Of a stretch of DNA of 64,000 bases, positions 12,420-25,683 are shown in pieces. Source of the DNA: Oopsacas minuta. Lineage: Eukaryota > Animalia > Porifera. The number at the start of each line of letters is the position of its first letter. Position 1 is the first letter of the stretch. The position numbers were made by a program, and so were the translations under genes. The notes below the pieces were generated by a model. That model searched no databases and was not told where the DNA came from. It was given only the letters and a program-made list of their open reading frames with translations. The stretch lies in assembly GCA_024704765.1 (NCBI GenBank), contig JAKMXF010000299.1, positions 1,216,863 through 1,280,862 of the forward strand, given 5' to 3'.

Positions 12420-13937
12420 TACGTATGTGTAAAATATGATTGTAGATTTTCAGATATTATGACGTGGTTTAGGTTCCCGCAATTGCTTCGTAAATTTTTG
12501 CTTACACCATTGTTTGAAAAATTCTGCATAACCATCTAAAAACAAAATGAATAATTGTTAAATCTGTGGACTCATTGGGACTGTGTGGTCCACCTGATAA
12601 AATGCTTGCTGTTGTCAAAAATGACAATGTGTGATGCTTTCCTTTCATCAGCATCAATCAGCAAACAGTGGAGTATGTCAACTTATTTATGCATCTATGC
12701 ATGCCACGGTGGTGCTTTTGGGAAGACGTTTATAATACATGTGTATTTGTTCAATAGACACTCTAGTAGAAGGATTGACATAAATTTATGTCAAATGATG
12801 CTAAATACTTATTTACACCTCATCGGACTTTTCATATCGTCATAAATTTTGATTGGTTTGATCAATTTCTGACATTCTTTTACTAAGGTAATGCTTTATA
12901 AGTTACCATTGAATGATGCATATGAAATGCAGTGTATTTATTGGTTCCTTGTGAAATTTTCATAAATCGAATATCCCGAGTGTAAAATATACATCCCCTC
13001 AACTTTATATTTCGCAATGATAGCAAAGGTTTCTCACAAATCTGACGAATATATCATAATTCTATAGGAAATATGTAAAATAATTTGCAAGAAACATTTG
13101 GTCGCTAAGAACGATCCCTTATAATCGTGATTATTGATCAATTAGAATGTCTGTATGAGCAAATTAGGCTCAGCTAGCCTAGCGACGTGGAACGGAGAGT
13201 CACTCGATTGGTTAGGACAATTTTTAAGAATCGAATGTTACCACATTCCTGACACCTTCCTGCGTCTCTAGGGAAGTCTGTTCCAAATATATTCCAGTGA
13301 CCACAAAAACGACGCAGAGCTTTACACAGATTACAAATATCGACATAATAATGGATTTTATATATATATTGTAGAAGTTATATTCATTTCTGAGTTATAG
13401 CACAGACCATGGATGGCATATGTTTTGTCAAATCTAGTTATAACTCAGTAAGGGTGGAAATTATTGCAAAAATCTGGGTAGCAATGTAATAGTATTCAAC
13501 CTTATCCTCATAACCTAATTTACATATGATATGATATTTCTGAAATTTTTGCGTAATATAGAAAGTTTACATTTTAGACCATTTTTGTATTTCAACATTT
13601 TCAACAAATATCAATATTTAACAAATTCATGTACTGAATTGTTACTTTCACATAATATAAATAACTAGTAGCTACATAAACTCGTTAAGTAAGCTGTCAG
13701 TTTTTGGTCAAAATTTTTCTAGGGTTCTTTCCTGGTAAACCCAGTTTTATTACGTAAAACCTGAAATACCAGGTTTTGGTAGAACCATTCTGATCACCAT
13801 ACCTTAGGTCCAAGCTCAAGCCCTTTATAAATATTACTAATCCAGACTTAAGCCCTTTCACTAATCTTTGGAAATTGTTAAATCTATTGATATTCTACAA
13901 TTTCTGAAGTTTACTGTGTTATTTCCATAAGCGTATA

Positions 13938-16900
13938 CGTTGCAGTGTAAATGCGAGTTTGGTGTGATTGCAATCACACTAACTACCTAGTGTACTTGCA
14001 ATCGCACTGGTGTACTCGCAATCACACCAGCCTATTGATGTAAGTGCGAGCTTCGAATAGAATCAATATTGGATAAAATTTAATTACTAATCTCTGTTAT
14101 ATGGAATATGAATAATCCTAATTTGGGATAATTAAGCAAGGTACTAACAATATACTAACAATCATCCTACGCATATTGCTATGCATAATGGAACTACAAA
14201 ATTCTAAAGTGATGCGATACCTACTATGGTTCTTTGTTAGAACACATTTTTTCTTTATGGCATTTCGTAGAGCAAGTTTTTCCAGAACTTCTACATGGAC
14301 ACTTTTTGTTGTTACACTTCTTACATCTACATACCCCTACTCCAGCACCAAGGTAAGCGTTTTGCATCAACTCTGTTTGTGAGACAATCTTTGAACTAAT
14401 GGTGTGCTAATCAAATTGGAAGGCTGAGTTTCAAATTGGTAAGGTGAATAACCACCCGAGATTATGCCTTTAGAAGTTGCCACAGTATAGATATCGTCTC
14501 GTTTGTTCTGAATACTGCCTAAGATATTTCGACGACCAATTGCACATAATCTATCTGGGTGTGGAATTGGCAAACTAACGTTATCGCCCACTTCTGCTGG
14601 TTGGAATCTTTTCCCGCTTGCTCTAAGCATCCTTTCATGACTTTTTTCTTGAGATAGTTTAATCCCAACACGTGCTTTACATAGCCGTAGACAAGGGGGG
14701 AGGGCTTATGTCCTCCAAACTTTGCCTCATCAATTCCCGAGAATTCCTGAAAACATATGTGAAATTATGCTTATTGCCAATTCATGAAATTACTCCGGAT
14801 ATTTTCCTACAAACGCATTCTACTCTCATTGCCAGTATCAAATTCATTTACTAATTCTTTCAATGGTAAACCGTCCGTTCTTTGTTGTGCACATGAAATA
14901 ACAAGCACCAATTCAGTCGTGCTTGGCATGTAGTTGTAAGCAACCAGGTCTTAAGCCTGCGGTGTGCACTGAAGCTCTTTCACTTGTGACATTAGTTGCT
15001 GGCATCACAAGAATTAATTTCACTATTTTGATTACCTCTGAGAAGAAAGATCTTTCTATACTATTCAAAGATTTGAGATAAGTTATTATTGATGGCAAAT
15101 CCGTCAAAGCTGCTCCACTGCAATGCAAGAGTTTCAACTGCGTTTGAAGACCGTCTGCATGGGTAAAGTCATCTCCGTAGAATGCGATTATAGAACCAAT
15201 CAAATCTGAATCACTGGAGTTTTCTGAACTAGTCAGGGCTGTTTCCAAATTTCGAGCAACTGGAATCCCTTCTGGTCAAATCTGTCCTTTATAGCTGCCA
15301 TAGTTAGATCAATTGTTTGAAAATATATTTTTCTATAACGTTCCTCAACACTAGTTGGGTACTCTGGAGTATTTCCAACTGTTTCATATTTTCGGGGAAT
15401 TTTCCTTTTTCTGGGGAGTGCCGACGAAGAAACCTCGATTGATGAACTTCTACATTCTACATACTTCCGAAACAAAGTGAAGTTAATCTCAGTTCTCATT
15501 TTCAGGAGTGTAGTAAGCGTTGTCTTCACAAGAGTTTGCCCTTCATGTGCTGATATTGTTTTAGTTTGCAATGACCGAGACACATTATCGGTCATGTTTA
15601 AGATTTTTCGTCCTAGTTCAACTCCAAAAATGAATTCATATTTTTCCATTTGTGCTGTACCTACTCCAATTCTAGCTTTTAATTAAGTATCTTTTGTTGC
15701 ATCTTTTGGTACATTCCAGGTCAATTGTAGTACGTGATAATTCTCTGAGATGGAACTAAACGCTTCAGCCCTTAATGTCCATCGTGTTGGACATAGTATT
15801 CTAATCCGGAGAGAGCACTCTGAAATTTCATCTTTTAACTTGCTAAAGATTGCATCTCTTTTAGGCGATTCCTTAATTAGTTTTGTAATCTCATATACTG
15901 TACTAAATGTATCCTCCATAACTTTTGTACCCTTGATTCCATCTTGAATAGCAAGGTTCAATGCATGCCCATAACAATGGGTATAGAGTGCTCGAGGTTC
16001 TAAAGAAGATACTTTAGTGGCAACTCCTGATCGTATTCCAGACATGTTGCTGGCCCCCATCGTAGTATTGACCACGGCAATTGTTGATAGATAAATTCAA
16101 GCGCTACAGTATGTCCTGAATTGTCAACATTATATTGTCAGCAAAAGTTGATCCCAAACTGTAGAGACCAATGAGCTCTTCATGAACATTTAAGTCATCA
16201 TCAACGTGACGCAGGCACAATATCATTTGCTCAATGTTTAACAGATCGGTTGTTTCTTCAACCATTATGGTATACATTTTCCCTGAAATTTGTTGTACAA
16301 TATCTCTCAATATCCTTAATGACATCAGCTTGAGGATTTCATTTTGTATGTCTGGGCTAGTAAATTTGTCTTGACACTTGTCAAGCCACTTCAATAGATT
16401 TGGATTGTCTTCAGCTCGTATTCGAAGTAGCTGTATAAAGTTCGAGTCTGATTCACCATTCAATATTTCAGGGTCATCAGTTTTCCATCGACCACGAAAA
16501 GTAGTGACTTGCCTACCGAGGTAACGAACGCTGCTGAAAATTTTAAGCTGCACTTGTCTGTTCTCATCCTTCTGCTCTACATGACTTTTGTTCAACATTT
16601 CACCAACATCTTTGGTTATGCTAGGTATTATGATTACAAGGTCAATGCTTCACGGTGAGATTTGAACTTTGATGTTTTTCGAATTCTCTATTGCTTTTTT
16701 CCAATTGCTGAATCGAGTGCTGTGAACATTTCATTCATGTACCCTGATATCTTAAACCATGTTTATTTGCTACTGAGCAGTAAAAACACAATACACTATC
16801 GCGACCTTCTTGATAATGCAACCAGGGGAATGTTTTATACCATGAAAAGTTAAATCTTCTCTGTTGTTTACCAAAGGTTAGTAGTGGGAATGAAAGAATT

Positions 16901-19400
16901 GGTTAGGAGGTAATTTGGGGTATATGGATATCTGGTTGTCTGGTTCGATGTGTTAACTAAATTTCGTTAGAGGATTCACCTTCTGTTCTCAACAATTGCA
17001 TTTGTTCATTGTCTGGAAGCAAACTTGAATCTTTACCAGTCTCTCCTGATCCTGATTGAGCTTTTTGAACGAGCCATCGAGCTAGGGCCATATCTGAACG
17101 TAGCATGAATACTAACAATTTTAAATATTTAATCGCAAACACATATAAATACAAAGTGAAATGAAGCCCAGTAATAAAAACCAGAGATGTGTTAAATATA
17201 TAACAGTATTCGATAGATTCATAGATTTAGTTTGCCAGAAATTTATGAACTTCAAAATTATTCAACTCTAAGTATATTTCTAAATGGTATTCTCATTTTG
17301 AATGAAACCTAGAAAGTAAAACCATTACTATGGTAAAACAAAGCTGGGGAAATATGATTATAGTATCTGTTCATATTAATTCAAATTGAACGCACTGATT
17401 TATACTTGGTCAAATCCCACAGTGGAACCTTAGAGGGTTAGCTCCCCCAAACTAAAAATGTTGTCTACGCCCCTGGACTTTATTACACTCCTCATGTTGT
17501 GTGCTCAGATCACATGCATTGCAACATACCTTAGATCCATAGCCCTCTTCTTCTGATCTTTAACAAATTACGTGAATGTACCCATTGCACTTAGGGCACC
17601 TGTGGGCGCCACTCGTTTCGTTTCCGTATGCAATACATGAAAGAGAGATAGTGATGGGATTCGAAGAGGAACCAACACTATCATCTGACTTGGAAATCAT
17701 TGCTATCTCACTGTCACGATTTATTTCATGTCCTTTGAGAATAATTGAGAAGGATGGGAAATTTGTGTTATCGCTGACAATAGTACCTTCTGGTGGAGGC
17801 ATTGATATTTCAGCATCATATTGATCGAAATCATTGAATATGGATGGCTGGGATTGGGATGGAATATGGCTTGTTTGCGAAAGTGGTTGAGGAGACAATT
17901 GAGGATTGGTAGTAGAGGAAGTAGTTATCTAAAGAAATAATTTCAATTATTGTAACTGGCAACATTAATAATCGTTTAGCTAATTAGCACTCACATGATC
18001 TATTTACTTGTCTAGATCGTCATCGCATGGGATGTCAATCCAATCTTCTTCATGGATACCGTAATAGTTTAGTCCAAATAATGGCTTCCGGTTAAATAAT
18101 GCTTCTTAAGGAGACATTTTTATTGTGGTTTGTAACTGGTATTGTGGTGAAGTTTTATCCATCTAAGATATCAAACCCAGCATTGGTCTTTATCATTATC
18201 GATCATCTTTGTAAAGAGTGCATCTTTTATGTCTCTGTTTACGCTTTCAACTGCTCCCTGACACTCTGGGCGGCGTGGCTTACCACAAACAATCTTCACA
18301 CTATGCCATCTTATTGCAAGAGTAGAGAATAAAAGTTGGTTGCTAAATTCACGACCATTATCTGAGTGAAGTATATACGGGGGCCTTGTTCACAAATTAT
18401 ATCGAGAAGAATTTCATAAACTTCTTCCGCTGACTTTCACATCAATCGTTCAAGATTTATCTTTTCGTGAAGTGAGCTATATAGACTAAAAGGAATTTAT
18501 GTGGTGTTTTTCCATCCAGAGAAAGATTTGCTGCTAAATTCATGCTGCTCATGTCAATTAAATCAACTTGACCACGACTACCGAATGTATTAGATGAGAT
18601 TGGCTTGATTACAGCCTGCTTAATATATTTCCTGGATTTCTTAAGGACACATACATCACATAATTTAACGAAGATACCACACACTTGTTCAGTTATCTCG
18701 TGGTACTGTGGGAAACTCTGTTAAACAATTTTGTTCTTCCAAAATGATCATCTTCATATTTGTGGAGTCTGTTTAGAATTGCAAATATTTCTGCGACTGG
18801 AATGACTGGTTTCGCACAATGTTTTGAATTTCCTTGAGATAAAGAATCTTGCTACATTGATAGGTTCGAAAGGAATATTTTGACCTAACTTGTGACCATT
18901 TATCAGCTTCTCTTCACTACTGGTCTTGGTGATAACAAGTGTGAAATTTTCTCCTGGATTCCTTCAGAAAGGAATAGACCAGACGTAAATGAACTAGAAA
19001 GTGATTCGATTGAAGTTAAGAATGATTCTACTCTAGATTAAATCCCTGGGTTAAACATCTTTAAATCTTCAAAATATAATTATTCTCCAAAAAATAATTC
19101 GTAGAATTGAGTATTTATATTTGGATATATCTAAAACTCATCTAAATGTATCAAAATTAGAAATTGGGAAATAATCATCTATACGTGCGTAAACTGTGTT
19201 TGATAAACATCAAACTAACCATGCCAATGATGTCATCTACAGTGACTCTCATTCCATAAAATGAGCTACGGAAAACAATGAATACGCAATATACTTATAT
19301 TGATTCTATTCACAGTACGCACTAACACCAATAGGTTGGTGTGATTGCGAGTACACCAGTGTGATTGCAATCACACCAAACTCGCATTTACACTGCCACA
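13938..19400 (-). mobile_element. Ginger2/TDD-like DNA transposon with a KRBA2/SCAND3-type integrase (decayed), interrupted by a hAT element
   Basis: Ends (C)GTTGCAGTGTAAATGCGAG...CTCGCATTTACACTGCCACA with TATA on both sides. Minus strand has H2C2 zinc-finger residues (LHKYEDDH...CDVC), RGQVDLIDM, LHSDNGREF, GKPRRPECQGAVESVNRDIK, a Cys/His-rich C-terminal finger (CIA...CPKC...IHVIC) and MLRASGKRF...VGDNV. No gag, RT or LTR. Confidence 0.8.
14680..17475 (-). mobile_element. hAT element with ZMYM1/DUF4371-type transposase (frameshifted, about 14830-17030)
   Basis: 15-bp TIRs CATAGCCGTAGACAA / TTGTCTACGCCCCTG (3 mismatches) and a degenerate TAAAG(CAC/TC) target duplication on the minus strand. 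Motifs SPDIQNEIL, VEETTD, HCYGHALNL, LCPTRWT and VMPATNVTSER. Confidence 0.85.
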
Positions 19401-20379
19401 TATACATTCAAGTGAATATAGATACATATTTTGATTATGACCAATTATACAAGCCCAGTAATCATAGGGTAATTCTTCCTTAAACCATTCAAAGATTTTA
19501 TCAACAGGCTTCGATTGATTTTTGGTTCTATGTACACTGCAAGTCCATTACTAGTCTATAGTATCCTGAATATTACAGCACATTCCATATGATAGTTTTC
19601 TGGAGAATCAATTCTTGATTGCAGAAATTTCTCCAACATTCCATTATACAACTCTTTTGATATTAGGGCACTCTAACAAAGTTGTAATGTCTTTTGGTTA
19701 AAAGTTTAATTGACTACTAATTAAGTGGAATAAACATCATTGAGCATTATAGATTCATTTTCAGACTGATTTGGCACAATTTTGAATATTTGTGGTTGAA
19801 CTGTCTACAAGTTCATTTCACCGAAATGTAATATAGCACCGTGGGGATTGTTAGCGGATGATATAAACATATCATGATTATTGCTATAGGTGATATCTCA
19901 TTAAGATAAAAAATTGTTATATACTTTATTATTGTTGAATAGGAAGTTGTATATGGGGAGTGTATTGCACTTGGTGACATAATTCGTAATTTTCTGGATT
20001 TTGAGTGTTGCGGTTTTTACACCTTTCCATAAGTATATTTATGACAGGGCCGTATCAAGCAGTTTTTCTATTCGTCAGGTTGACTTATAAAAATGTATAT
20101 GGAGCCACTGAAAGTTGGTTCGTTTGAAATCTGACCAACCGGACCGTCTCCTACGGCCATGTGTGATATATCGCTAAAAATTCAGAAACAGCTGAAATTT
20201 GAACTGAAAATATACTACGATTGGAGGGGAAGTTGTACATGGAGAGTCTATTGACCAGTTTGGTTTATTCATAGCATTCTATATACAAAGGCAATGAGTC
20301 CATTGAAATTTTGGACCTTCGGAATCTTAATATTCCTATAGTATCATAATGGTATACTTTTGTCCAACTTAATGTATGT

Positions 20380-20832
20380 ATGGATTACACTGCAAACACA
20401 ATCCATATCCAAGTTTTTCTGGAGGAAAGGACGTCCTTAGATTGCTTATTAGACAATTTTATTACCAAAAAATGCCCCATTCTGAAGCTCATGAAAGAAC
20501 CGATTATTGATTATACGTTTGTAAATTTGGACTATGGATTCAGGATGTTCACAAAATATCAAAATTTTGATACGATGCATTTCGCAGCTTTCAGAGTTAG
20601 TCACATGGATGACAAATTTGTGACAATGTCCACCAATTCCTTGACATCCTTCAACGTTATGGCCAATTCATCTTGTCACACATATTATATATCCAACTTC
20701 CCATGCAATGATAGTACATATAGATATAATGTCTCTGATGATTATGACGTATTATTGAAAATGACTATTTATGGTATTGTTGATGATCACGCAATTTTCC
20801 TTCGGGATATTTTTGTCAAAATGTATCATTAG
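20380..20832 (+). CDS. Unassigned 150-aa ORF, possibly a large exon of an extracellular host protein or a pseudogene
   Basis: 450 nt without a stop in AT-rich DNA, ATG start, several N-x-S/T sequons and no transposase motif. The same frame stays coding-like upstream across one stop at 20347-20349. Confidence 0.35.
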   Translation: MDYTANTIHIQVFLEERTSLDCLLDNFITKKCPILKLMKEPIIDYTFVNLDYGFRMFTKYQNFDTMHFAAFRVSHMDDKFVTMSTNSLTSFNVMANSSCHTYYISNFPCNDSTYRYNVSDDYDVLLKMTIYGIVDDHAIFLRDIFVKMYH

Positions 20833-22124
20833 GGTATGAGAAGTTCGTTTCTTTATTTTAAAACTAAATTATTGTGGGTGTATTTGTTGGTTTGTTTGTC
20901 CACTTTGTATTAATATAATAGGGGAAGACGATCTGCGTATATAATATAGGGAATAAAATTTCCCTCTGTTGACGATATTAGAAAGTAAACAATTGCATTA
21001 GGGTAATCGAGTTTACTGATGGCGATTATGATCTTGTGAACAACATGTGATGAATTATTGTTCTCATATGATTGATCATATTTTCTCACCTTTTGTCTGA
21101 TTTTTCAAAATGGTGCTAGAGAATTCGTTTTAACGGAATTATGGGATAATCAGGGATGTAGATGCATATTCAGATATTTTCAAATGTACCTCCCTTTTGT
21201 ATCATAAGAAAATCATATTTTCACACAGTTTTGAGAATGTTTCAAAACGAGGCTAGAGAATTCGTTTCAACGGGTACTTTGAGGCAATAGGGTACGCTGA
21301 TTCCAAATATGATATTGTCAACAAGGCATTGTGAATATTTGGTGTTGTTTATGTGTGTAAAGTAAACAAATTTCTAAATATGGCCATGCAAAGTATTTGC
21401 AAGTATATTACTTTACATGGCCATATTTAGAATCCCGGCACGTACCAAAAATTTGTCCTCCGTCTAGAAAGATTTTATTGGTATTTTCTCCAAAATTTAA
21501 GCATAATTCTTCACTCACAGATTGTGCAATCCACATTTACTACCGGGCCTGTGTAGTTAAAATATTCAATGTTTTATGCCCAGAAAGGATGTGATGAGAT
21601 AATTGTGGGGTGATGTTATCTGACATATTTACTAGCACATGAAAAATGAAGTCTTCAAAACTTGAATTCAATGGTTAAACCTGGGTAATTGAGTACGCTG
21701 ATTCCTAATTTCGCACTTTCAAGGTACTCATGTGTAAATACTAGCTTGCCTTATGAAAAAATTCAAGGCACAAAGTGAGGAGTTACATGAGAACACAGAG
21801 TGTACGCAAGCCGCGCAGCCCGACCAAATGAAGCGGCTCTTATAATATATGAGTGCAAGATTATTTGGCCATAACGTTGAAGAGTGTCAAGTTATTGGTG
21901 AACATCTTCACTAATTTGTCAATACATGTTCGCTACTGTAACTCTGGAAAGTAAACTTTATCATACAATTTTGATATTTTTTAAGCAAACATTCGGAGGT
22001 TCCATGGTCCAAATTTGCAAACTATAAATAATAATTGGTTCTTTACAGAGCTTCCAAATTAGAATTTTCGGTGATAAAAATGTCTAATAAGGAATTTGGC
22101 CTCAATTCATCACGAAATTTTTTG

Positions 22125-22530
22125 TACAATTGCAGAATCTTACACCCCAACTTTTTTAATGTGGTCAAAAATCCCTATATGCACCGTTCAAGAACTCGTT
22201 GAGAGAAGTTGATAGAGCTAAAGAAATCCAAAATCGGATTAAAATTGACAAAGTTACGAAAAATTTACCCCCTAAGCCCAATCCTATAGGGAAAATTGTA
22301 TTACTCACTATAGTCAAATTGTATTGATTTATACATTACAATTATCATAGGAATGCTCATACTGTTGATATTGCGGTTATACACGCTTGTTACTCTACTC
22401 TTTCATGCTCATTTGTTTGCTATTCAGTGTATTTCACTGCAGGTAATTCTTGTTACTTTAAAGGAAAGCTGGTTATTACATAATTCTGTCTGCAACACTA
22501 AATATACAATGCAACATTTCATTTCATATT
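22125..22530 (+). repeat. Left arm of an approximately 406-bp near-identical inverted repeat
   Basis: Reverse complement of 25277-25683, with about 6-7 differences counted by eye. Confidence 0.95.
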
Positions 22531-22575
22531 ATGCATGCAACTAAATTGCATCCTGTATGTGAAGTCGTTCAAACG

Positions 22576-22781
22576 TACCATACTTGCCAACTGTTTCGTT
22601 GGTTGGCGGGACACCACGATTACTCGCCCGAATATTTGTTGACTGCCAATGAGGCTAATGTCCAGCCAAAACTTGACAAAACCCTTAATTGTCCCTCTAT
22701 TTTGTAGTCCAGTCTAATACAAATATGCTGCATCCGACGATGTCCCGCATTTTATCTTCACTCATGTTGGCAAGTATGGGG
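22576..22781. mobile_element. Small hAT-like MITE
   Basis: TIRs (TA)CCATACTTGCCAAC / GTTGGCAAGTATGG(GG) and an internal GCGGGACA / TGTCCCGC inverted motif. The target duplication is only weakly preserved. Confidence 0.6.
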
Positions 22782-23895
22782 TTGACACTTGCCCTGTAAT
22801 ATCCCGATAATGTTTAGCCAGTGCAGAGCAAAAGTATCAAGTTTTGGATAGCTAATATAATACGGGTGGTATTTCTTGCCTGAACCAAATGTGCGGGGTC
22901 AAATGTCTATTATAGATAAACTTGAGCAAGTGTAATCAGTTTGTAACTGCAACACATTCTCATTATAACGAAGTGTTCTAGACTGGTACGGAACGCAGCT
23001 ACATTTCGTGATCTGTAGCATTAGGATATATGCGGAGTAAGATCAATACTTTCAAGCTGGAGGGGGTTTGTGATCACTTTGTTATAGCGTAAGTTTAGCC
23101 ATATAATTGATGTTAGCTTATAACGGAAGTTTACCAGTACTGGGCCTTATGAGGTCGTGTAACAGGTTCGGCGGTCGCTCCAAACCAATAATTAGCAATG
23201 TATATTAATGGTGAGATGTGATGAATGCTGCAACAGTAAGTTTGTGATTCCTGCGTCCCTACAATGCCAGTATTATTAGACAGTCAACTCCGCTTAATTA
23301 GGACAAATTTAGGTAATCGAGTGAAATTAGTAACTCACTCAAGACGATTTTCTCTTGATTTAGGAAGTTGTAATAAGCTACGTACTAGGTACATCGCTTA
23401 ATTTGGGATTAATGTGGTCAAATCAAATTCTATTTACTAGTTATTGTTATCGGAAGACAATATAACGATCCGAATGAGAAATTTATTTGATTATGGGATT
23501 ATTTACATAAATTTTCTTTACAACCAACCATCACCTAAAATATGGTAAATATGCTTGAGATTAAACATGAGAAGTGTGGTAAAAATATGTGGTTTCAGAT
23601 GTAATTTCTATTGTATAGATTTGTTGATGTGTTCATAGTTATACCAGTATCTATTACATACAAAATTTAGTATCATTGGAATGCTGTTTGCTGGTTACTG
23701 AGTTGAACAACAAATGGTTTAGGAAAGTGGCATGCAAACCACATGTAATTATTACCTATACTTAAAGAATACATTCCAAACGATCATACAATGTATTTCG
23801 ATCAATCTTAAGTCAAGTATAAAAGGAATATCAGGGAAATATAACTAACAAATCCTAATTATTCGAGTTGTGATATTTCTATTATAAAACCCTTA

Positions 23896-24840
23896 ATGGC
23901 AGTTGCTCCATCGTTTCAACCTCTGCTGGTTCCTACAATATTTCCAGTTATTGAAGAAATGACCTTAAAACAACTTTTCCGTAATATCACTATTGATGAA
24001 GATACTTGTATAGCATGGCTCAAAAGTAACGAACTTTTAGCTACCGGGATGATGTGCAAATGCGGTAGAATTATGAGACCCGGAACATTTTCAGGTATTG
24101 CAGATGGAAAGGGGTGGAGGTGCCCGGAAAAGTCATGCAAGAAATTCGCTTCGATGAGGATTGGCTCATTCTTTGAAGGTGCTCATATACCGTTAACTGA
24201 GTTGGTAGAATTTCTCTATTTCTGGGCCGATAATCTTCAAACTACTGCCTTTTTACACAAGAATCTGGGGTGGGGAGAGCATACTATAACAGACTGGAAG
24301 AACTTCCTCAGAGACCTATGTGTTGAAGAATTTTTAGTTAATCCTCAACCAATTGGAGGGCCTGGGCATATTGTAGAAATAGATGAATCAAAGTTTGGAT
24401 ATCGAAAGTATTCAAGAGGTCGTATGCTATCAGGTCAATGAGTATTTGGAGGAATAGATAGAGAGACAAAAGATATCTTTATGATACCTGTTCAAGACAG
24501 GTCGGCTGCAACATTAGTCCCTCTCATCCAGAGATATATTCTTCCGGGCACTACCATACTTTCTGACGAATGGGCATCATATAATTCTATCCCCGCTGCA
24601 AGTTTTCAGCATCTCACCGTCAAACATAGTCTCAATTTTGTTGACCCTACTACAGGTGTACATACGCAAACAGTTGAGAGTATATGGGGTGGTGCGAAGA
24701 AACGGCTGAGGAATTGCATGACTACTAACCACATACTTTTAGATACCCACTTATCTGAAGTTTGTTGGTAGAAGAAATATGGAGAAGCTAGTTTCTTCAA
24801 CCTTATCATGGAAATAAGGAAACAATATCCAGTTGTCTAA
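23896..24840 (+). pseudogene. Merlin (IS1595/ISXO2-like) transposase, one frame of 314 codons with two nonsense codons
   Basis: CxC...WRC zinc motif, VEIDESKFG, (W)VFGGIDRET, ILSDEWASY, TVKHSLNFVDP and HTQTVESIWG. Stops at 24439-24441 (TGA) and 24769-24771 (TAG) fall at conserved Trp positions. The element's own TIRs were not located. Confidence 0.88.
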
Positions 24841-25276
24841 CTGTACCATACTTCTGCTTTGGTGTTTCTTTTGTAGCAGTACTTGTTATATTATAGATTT
24901 GTAGTTAAAGTAGTGTATAGAAGCTCAATACTAATTAGTTACTCCAAATATAACGACCACCCATAGTATTATATCCAGCTATGGGGGTGTCATTTATTTA
25001 ATATTCTGTCCACTATCATAAGTAGAAACCCATGAAAACTTTGTTCCAACATTACTAACGCACCTGGAGAGAAGCTGTATCATAACTATGCGATTAAATA
25101 GTACGTGAATTGTTTCTAACATTGATACGAACACAAACCAACGATCAAAATTGGTTTGCCTTGGCCGGAGTAATACAAATTAAACTACCATTTTAGGAAA
25201 CAGAATATATGCAAATATATGTGTCATATCGGGAATTCCATTAACTAGGTCGAATTATCGAGGTGCCATAGTATAA

Positions 25277-25683
25277 AATATGAAATGAAATGTTGCATTG
25301 TATATTTAGTGTTGCAGACAGAATTATGTAATAACCAGCTTTCCTTTAAAGTAACAAGAATTACCTGCAGTGAAATACACTGAATAGCAAACAAATGAGC
25401 ATGAAAGAGTAGAGTAACAAGCGTGTATAACCGCAATATCAACAGTATGAGCATTCCTATGGTAATTGTAATGTATAAATCAATACAATTTGACTATAGT
25501 GAGTAATACAATTTTCCCCATAGGATTTGGCTTAGGGAGTAAATTTTTCGTAACTTTGTCAATTTTAATCCGATTTTGGATTTCTTTAGCTCTATCAACT
25601 TCTCTCAATGAGTTCTTGAACGGTGCATATAGGGATTTTTGACCACATTAAAAAAGTTGGGGGTATAAGATTCTGCAATTGTA
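25277..25683 (-). repeat. Right arm of the approximately 406-bp inverted repeat
   Basis: Reverse complement of 22125-22530. Confidence 0.95.
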
